This document shows, one piece after another, positions 16,159-20,000 of a stretch of DNA of 20,000 nucleotides. The notes under the pieces are model-generated. The model had not been told where the DNA came from, did not search any database, and saw only the letters and a list, made by a program, of their open reading frames with translations. The position numbers and the translations under genes were made by a program. How positions within the stretch are numbered: the stretch's first letter is position 1; the number at the start of each line of letters is the position of its first letter. This stretch comes from an uncultured virus (IMG/VR IMGVR_UViG_3300013126_000020) (lineage: Duplodnaviria > Heunggongvirae > Uroviricota > Caudoviricetes), in the IMG/VR virus record IMGVR_UViG_3300013126_000020; one strand, 5' to 3'.

Positions 16159-17163
16159 ATGTCAAATCTTTTTGATAACTCAGGCGAGCTCGGTGGTCTT
16201 ACCACCCGCGACGCGCTGAAGAGCCTCGTCCGCATTGCCAAGGTCCTCGAGGAGGGTATGCCCTCCAACGCCGTTGCCGCTGGCCGTCCTTCGACCACCG
16301 AGTCACAGCGCGACGAGCTCGTTCGTCAGGCCATCCTCGACCAGGGCGGCAAGGTTGCTCTTGCTCAGGCCATGGCGCTCCCAATCCGCCGCAACCTTGA
16401 TTACTCGGGCGTTGCTCGCCGCGGCCTCGTCGTTGACGAGCTCGCCACCGGCGTTCTCCCCCTCTATGAGCGCGACATCGACGTTGCCGCTTTCGTAATC
16501 TCGGCGAACGGCGCCGTTCCAGAGAGCCCTGTCCGTGGCGACCGCGTATTCGTCCCAGATTTCGACATCGCCTGCCACCCACTCGTCCGCATCCGCGAGG
16601 CCCGTCAGCGCCGCTTCAATGTCATCGAGCGTACGGTCCAGAAGGCCAAGCAGGAGATCGCTGCCACTGAGGACGCGAACTTCTTCGCCGCCCTCGACTT
16701 CGCTAGCGACGCCGCCCTCGGTGGTGAGAACACCGCTCAGGTTCTCGGCGCCCGCATCTCACGCGCCGACATGGTCGAGATCAAGTCAGAAGTTGATCAG
16801 TGGGACCTGCTCACCAGCAAGTTCTTCATGAACATCCGCGACTTCCAGGACCTCCTCCTCTGGACGTCACAGGGTGGTACCTCGGCTGCTGAAGTCGACC
16901 CCGTCACGCACCGCGAGATCCTCCAGACCGGCCTCTACGCCAAGCTCTTCACCGCCGACATCATCGTCAGCAAGCTTGTTCCGTTCGGCAGCGTCTTCGG
17001 TTGCGCTGAGCCCGACATGGTCGGCGTCATGCCAATCCGCCAGAACGTCGAAGTCGTACCAAACGACAAGATGGATCGCCTCAGCCTCGGCTGGACGGTA
17101 TTCGAGACCATCGGTATCGGCATTGTCAACGCCCGCGGCGTCGCCGTAGGCCGCAAGTCCTGA
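16159..17163 (+). CDS. Major capsid protein (HK97 fold), 334 aa
   Basis: GGAG RBS. Size and position after the protease/scaffold and decoration genes. 'LAQAM..PIRR.LDY.GVARR..VVD.L..G..P.YERD' N-arm/E-loop-type segment, backbone helix 'KAKQEIAATEDANFFAALD', and C-terminal 'GW..FE.IG.GI.N.RGVA' strand typical of HK97-fold MCPs. Extreme codon bias. Flanked by terminators. Confidence 0.9.
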   Translation: MSNLFDNSGELGGLTTRDALKSLVRIAKVLEEGMPSNAVAAGRPSTTESQRDELVRQAILDQGGKVALAQAMALPIRRNLDYSGVARRGLVVDELATGVLPLYERDIDVAAFVISANGAVPESPVRGDRVFVPDFDIACHPLVRIREARQRRFNVIERTVQKAKQEIAATEDANFFAALDFASDAALGGENTAQVLGARISRADMVEIKSEVDQWDLLTSKFFMNIRDFQDLLLWTSQGGTSAAEVDPVTHREILQTGLYAKLFTADIIVSKLVPFGSVFGCAEPDMVGVMPIRQNVEVVPNDKMDRLSLGWTVFETIGIGIVNARGVAVGRKS

Positions 17164-17180
17164 GCCTAGCTCTGGTCTGA

Positions 17181-17214
17181 AAGAGGGGTCGCCGCAGGGC
17201 GACCCCTTTTTATT
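17181..17214 (+). terminator. Intrinsic terminator after the MCP
   Basis: AGGGGTCGCC-GCAG-GGCGACCCCT followed by TTTTATT. Confidence 0.92.
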
Positions 17215-17325
17215 GCGCCGTCTGATGCTGTTAGCTACAGGCATCGACCGAATGAAGCAGAGCATATGGCTTTGTTCGGTAAGATGTTGCGCAGGCAGCG
17301 AGCAGTGTGATCAGGCAGGTGAGAT

Positions 17326-17682
17326 GTGAGCTTATTCGACTTACTATTCCGCAAGAGCTGTGCAGTGGAGTCTCACCCTGCCGATGGGTACCTTGCACAA
17401 CCGCCCGGGCACGATACGATTGTGCGCCCAGGCACATATCGCTTTAATAATCGCCAGGTAGATATTCTCGGTTTTCTACCAAATAGCAAAATGAGCGCCA
17501 CTCTATTTCTGTGTCATGCGGGCTCAGGAAGCTGCTCAGAGTGGGGCACCTACGAGTTTTCTAGGGTGTCGCATGACAAAACCCAGGAGATATGGGAGGC
17601 TATTGTTGGTAAGTCAGGCATAGTTATTCATGTAACAAAACACCACGGTGAAGTAACACTAAAACTAGAGGTTGATAGATGA
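17326..17682 (+). CDS. Hypothetical protein (118 aa)
   Basis: AGGTGAG before the GTG start. ATGA overlap with thyA. Confidence 0.6.
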   Translation: MSLFDLLFRKSCAVESHPADGYLAQPPGHDTIVRPGTYRFNNRQVDILGFLPNSKMSATLFLCHAGSGSCSEWGTYEFSRVSHDKTQEIWEAIVGKSGIVIHVTKHHGEVTLKLEVDR

Positions 17683-18536
17683 CTGAGACTTCCTATCTAA
17701 ATATAATGCGCCAGATCCTTGATGAGGGCATCGACGTTGAAAATGATCGCACAGGAGTCGGGACCCGAGGCATCTTTGGCGCTCAGATGGTGTTTGACAT
17801 GGATGACGGATTTCCTCTATTGACCACGCGTCGTATTGCGTTTCGTATTGCATTCGAAGAGATGATGTGGTTTCTCCGGGGACAGACAGACTCTAAGATC
17901 CTTGAGCAGAAAAAAATCAACATTTGGAGGGGCAATACTACCCGTGAATTCCTGGACGCAAAAGGACTGACCCATCTCCCAGAAGGTGATGCAGGAAAGA
18001 ACTACAGCTGGCAGCTGCGTAACTTTAATGGCAGCCACGCTGGTTCTGGCTATGATCAGCTGGCCGCAATTGTTTCTGGAATAAAGACAGACCCATCCAG
18101 CCGCCGCCATTTTGTTAGCTACTGGAATCCGCAGCAGGTGCTGACAGAAGCAGCTCTGCCGCCATGCCATGTAAGCTGGGCAGTACAGATTGCTGGAGGC
18201 AGGCTAAATCTATCCTTCCAGATGCGGTCTAATGACTTCTATCTAGGAAATCCGACAAATATCGCAGGATATGGATTCCTGCTCCACGCCCTCGCCAATT
18301 TGACTGGCCATCGTCCCGGTCGACTTGTATTCCAGGGTTCTGATGTGCATCTGTACAAGAACCAGCTGGATAACGCAAGGATCCAGATTACCCGAGAGCC
18401 ACTGCCGCTGCCGCAATTTCGCATAAATAAACAGCTGTCTACTCTAGATGACCTGCTCGCTCTGCAGTATTTGGACGTAGAGATGGTCGGATATGCGCAC
18501 CATCCAGATTTACCAAAGGTTGAGATGGCCGTATGA
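17679..18536 (+). CDS. thyA: Thymidylate synthase (ThyA type)
   Basis: DRTGVGT, FPLLTT, SRR, catalytic ALPPCH, RSND.YLG.P.N...Y, D.HLY.N, C-terminal MAV. GAGGT RBS. Confidence 0.97.
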   Translation: MTETSYLNIMRQILDEGIDVENDRTGVGTRGIFGAQMVFDMDDGFPLLTTRRIAFRIAFEEMMWFLRGQTDSKILEQKKINIWRGNTTREFLDAKGLTHLPEGDAGKNYSWQLRNFNGSHAGSGYDQLAAIVSGIKTDPSSRRHFVSYWNPQQVLTEAALPPCHVSWAVQIAGGRLNLSFQMRSNDFYLGNPTNIAGYGFLLHALANLTGHRPGRLVFQGSDVHLYKNQLDNARIQITREPLPLPQFRINKQLSTLDDLLALQYLDVEMVGYAHHPDLPKVEMAV

Positions 18537-18985
18537 ACAAATTGATCGGAATAGCTGCAGTGTCTGAGAACGGCGTAATTGGTCGCGGCAACTCTCTGCC
18601 CTGGCACCTGCCAGAGGATTTAGCGTGGTTCAAGTCCGTAACCTTGGGCCATGCACTGGTAATGGGTCGCGCCACTTATAACTCTATAGGTCGCCCACTT
18701 CCTGGCAGGAAAACATATATTCTGACGAGATCTCCTGCCGGTCCCTCGGAGATCAGAAGTATTTCAGAGGCGCATTCAGATTCGGGCTTTGTCTTTTTAT
18801 GCGGTGGCTCGGAAGTATATGCTCAGTTTCTATCTGATTGTGATGAGCTTCTAATTACTCATGTTAAACAACAAGTTGACGGCGATAAATATTTTCCTTA
18901 CTTTCAGCATATGTTTTATGCGACAGAAACGCTGCGGTCAAACGAAGAGTATGACATCGTCAGATATGCAAGGATTCCACGATGA
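18533..18985 (+). CDS. folA: Dihydrofolate reductase
   Basis: IAAVSENGVIG..N.LPW.LPEDL..FK..T.G...VMGR.T..SIGRPLPGR, GG..VY, GD.YFP. ATGA-coupled to thyA. Confidence 0.96.
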   Translation: MNKLIGIAAVSENGVIGRGNSLPWHLPEDLAWFKSVTLGHALVMGRATYNSIGRPLPGRKTYILTRSPAGPSEIRSISEAHSDSGFVFLCGGSEVYAQFLSDCDELLITHVKQQVDGDKYFPYFQHMFYATETLRSNEEYDIVRYARIPR

Positions 18986-19359
18986 AACATTCGAGTGCGG
19001 CCTGGCGCTGGGGCTCCGCAGAGCACCGAGCAGAAGCTGTAGCGTCCACGCTTCAGTGTTTTTTCAAGAAGAGTGCCTATGAGCCAGACTTGCAAGGACT
19101 GGTCAGCATGGTGGCCGCGATTGCAGACAGGGACTTTGATGACGAATGCGTCATAATTGGAAATCTTGCAGGTTTTATTTCTTTCGAGATAAATGCGGCC
19201 AGTCCCTATGTCGGTGGCGGTGAATTTATGGATTGGGTGATGAGCAGTGCTGTCAGGTCTGAGGAGCCAGCCTCTCTCGACCTTTCTCTAAAGATAGCGG
19301 GACGCAACTGCGTCCCGCTGATGGTCTGCTCTATGCGCAAGAAGGTTTCAGGGCTCTAG
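18982..19359 (+). CDS. Hypothetical protein (125 aa)
   Basis: ATGA overlap with DHFR and AAGGA upstream. Overlaps the convergent gene by 12 nt. Confidence 0.55.
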   Translation: MKHSSAAWRWGSAEHRAEAVASTLQCFFKKSAYEPDLQGLVSMVAAIADRDFDDECVIIGNLAGFISFEINAASPYVGGGEFMDWVMSSAVRSEEPASLDLSLKIAGRNCVPLMVCSMRKKVSGL

Positions 19360-19695
19360 CCCATCTTCGAACGCCTCGACAACGCCGGCATTGTGCTCTT
19401 TCTTCAGCTCTTCGATCTTGCTAGCGGCCGCACTGCGAGCCGCTTTTACGTTTTTGCCGACAAACCTTATCGCAGGGCCCATCGCGTTCGGATTCTCCAG
19501 CTCGTGGACGGTTAGTTCGCAAACAACCATGCCCTTTTCCCGCTTAAATGTAACATGGATTGACTTTTTCACCTCTTGCTCGGCGAGGATCAATAGGTTT
19601 GCGGCCGCATCCATATGTGCTGCGGCGCGGAACATGCCAGCCTGGTCCAGCTGGTTCGCAAGCGCGTAGATATTCTTTATAATGGTTTTGTTCAT
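19348..19695 (-). CDS. Hypothetical protein (115 aa) with an N-terminal LD-x-x-G tag and a small beta-beta-(beta)-alpha domain
   Basis: GGAG RBS on the - strand. N-terminus IKNIYALANQLDQAGMFRAAAHMDAAA matches the tag found in the head-module genes. Confidence 0.8.
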   Translation of the reverse strand: MNKTIIKNIYALANQLDQAGMFRAAAHMDAAANLLILAEQEVKKSIHVTFKREKGMVVCELTVHELENPNAMGPAIRFVGKNVKAARSAAASKIEELKKEHNAGVVEAFEDGLEP

Positions 19696-19833
19696 TTTGG
19701 CTCCATGCTCTTTTGGGCAGAATCCCTATAAAAGTTCGCATGAATCAATTAAAGTAGTAATAGGTAGTAGGCCGCACAAGTGCCCCAGCTTGGGGTTTGT
19801 TTGGCTGTACGCGCAAGGTCCGGAGGAAGCTTG

Positions 19834-20000
19834 ATGTCAAGGATAGAGCCGGTTGTACCAAAATTCTTGGTAAAGAATATCAGCCGCAGCGATCTGCTGG
19901 TACTAGACGTCATCCCAATTCGCCCCGGTCAGACCATAGATGTCTATAGGGCTGCAGAATATCACTCCGATTCTAGAGAGATTACGAATAGAATTTTGCG
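19834..20000 (+). CDS. Partial CDS (3' truncated): MSRIEPVVPKFLVKNISRSDLLVLDVIPIRPGQTIDVY...
   Basis: GGAGG at 19822-19826 and ATG 19834. Open to the window end. ATCAATTAAAG motif about 90 nt upstream. Confidence 0.75.
   Translation, partial: MSRIEPVVPKFLVKNISRSDLLVLDVIPIRPGQTIDVYRAAEYHSDSREITNRIL

Larger units (their letters stand above)
1..20000 (+). mobile_element. Segment of a large tailed dsDNA phage genome: head morphogenesis module plus thyA/DHFR
   Basis: Portal-like, prohead protease-like, decoration-like and major capsid-like genes are co-oriented and densely packed, many with ATGA/GTGA/TGATG overlaps. Most other ORFs are unrecognisable. No integrase or host housekeeping context in the window. 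Confidence 0.92.

Noticed and set aside
15493..17149. Alternative + frame ORFs within the decoration and MCP genes (Ser/Pro/Arg-rich)
   Set aside because: Expected by-product of the strong C-ending codon bias; no RBS or protein-like features.
16159..17163. Encapsulin nanocompartment interpretation of the HK97-fold shell with tagged cargo
   Set aside because: The linked portal-like gene, prohead protease/scaffold and decoration proteins indicate a true phage head.
17225..17329. Possible 25-34 aa Cys-containing ORF ending in a GTGA overlap with the 17326 gene
   Set aside because: No RBS and very short; cannot be supported from sequence alone.
1..20000. Stop-codon reassignment as seen in some large phages
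   Set aside because: TAA, TAG and TGA all end genes at sensible boundaries, and coding density is high under the standard code.

Overview
The window is the head (capsid) morphogenesis module of a large tailed dsDNA phage (Caudoviricetes, probably jumbo-type; host not identifiable; standard genetic code). Genes are tightly packed and almost all on the + strand. In order: the C-terminal part of a portal protein, an M23 peptidase, several hypothetical proteins, a 1306-aa prohead protease/scaffold fusion, about nine probable virion/internal-head genes (a decoration-like protein, peptidoglycan-binding and membrane-helix proteins), a second decoration-like protein and an HK97-fold major capsid protein, then thymidylate synthase and DHFR. 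The most interesting signal is a shared vocabulary of short protein modules across otherwise unrelated genes: (i) a helix-'LD-x-x-G'-helix tag in at least 5 proteins, one on the opposite strand, (ii) an 'H...V-x-(S/T/N)-x-x-(E/D/Q)-x-(Q/H)' module in 3 proteins, and (iii) frequent K/R-x-A motifs at domain borders. Together these suggest a capsid cargo-addressing and protease-processing system (inference). Also seen: a nested scaffold gene with its own RBS, a near-perfect 52-aa His-containing repeat in the scaffold, an AWTAAW candidate late promoter and two small ORFs that the track misses or mis-starts. All family assignments are from motif recognition by eye, with no database search.
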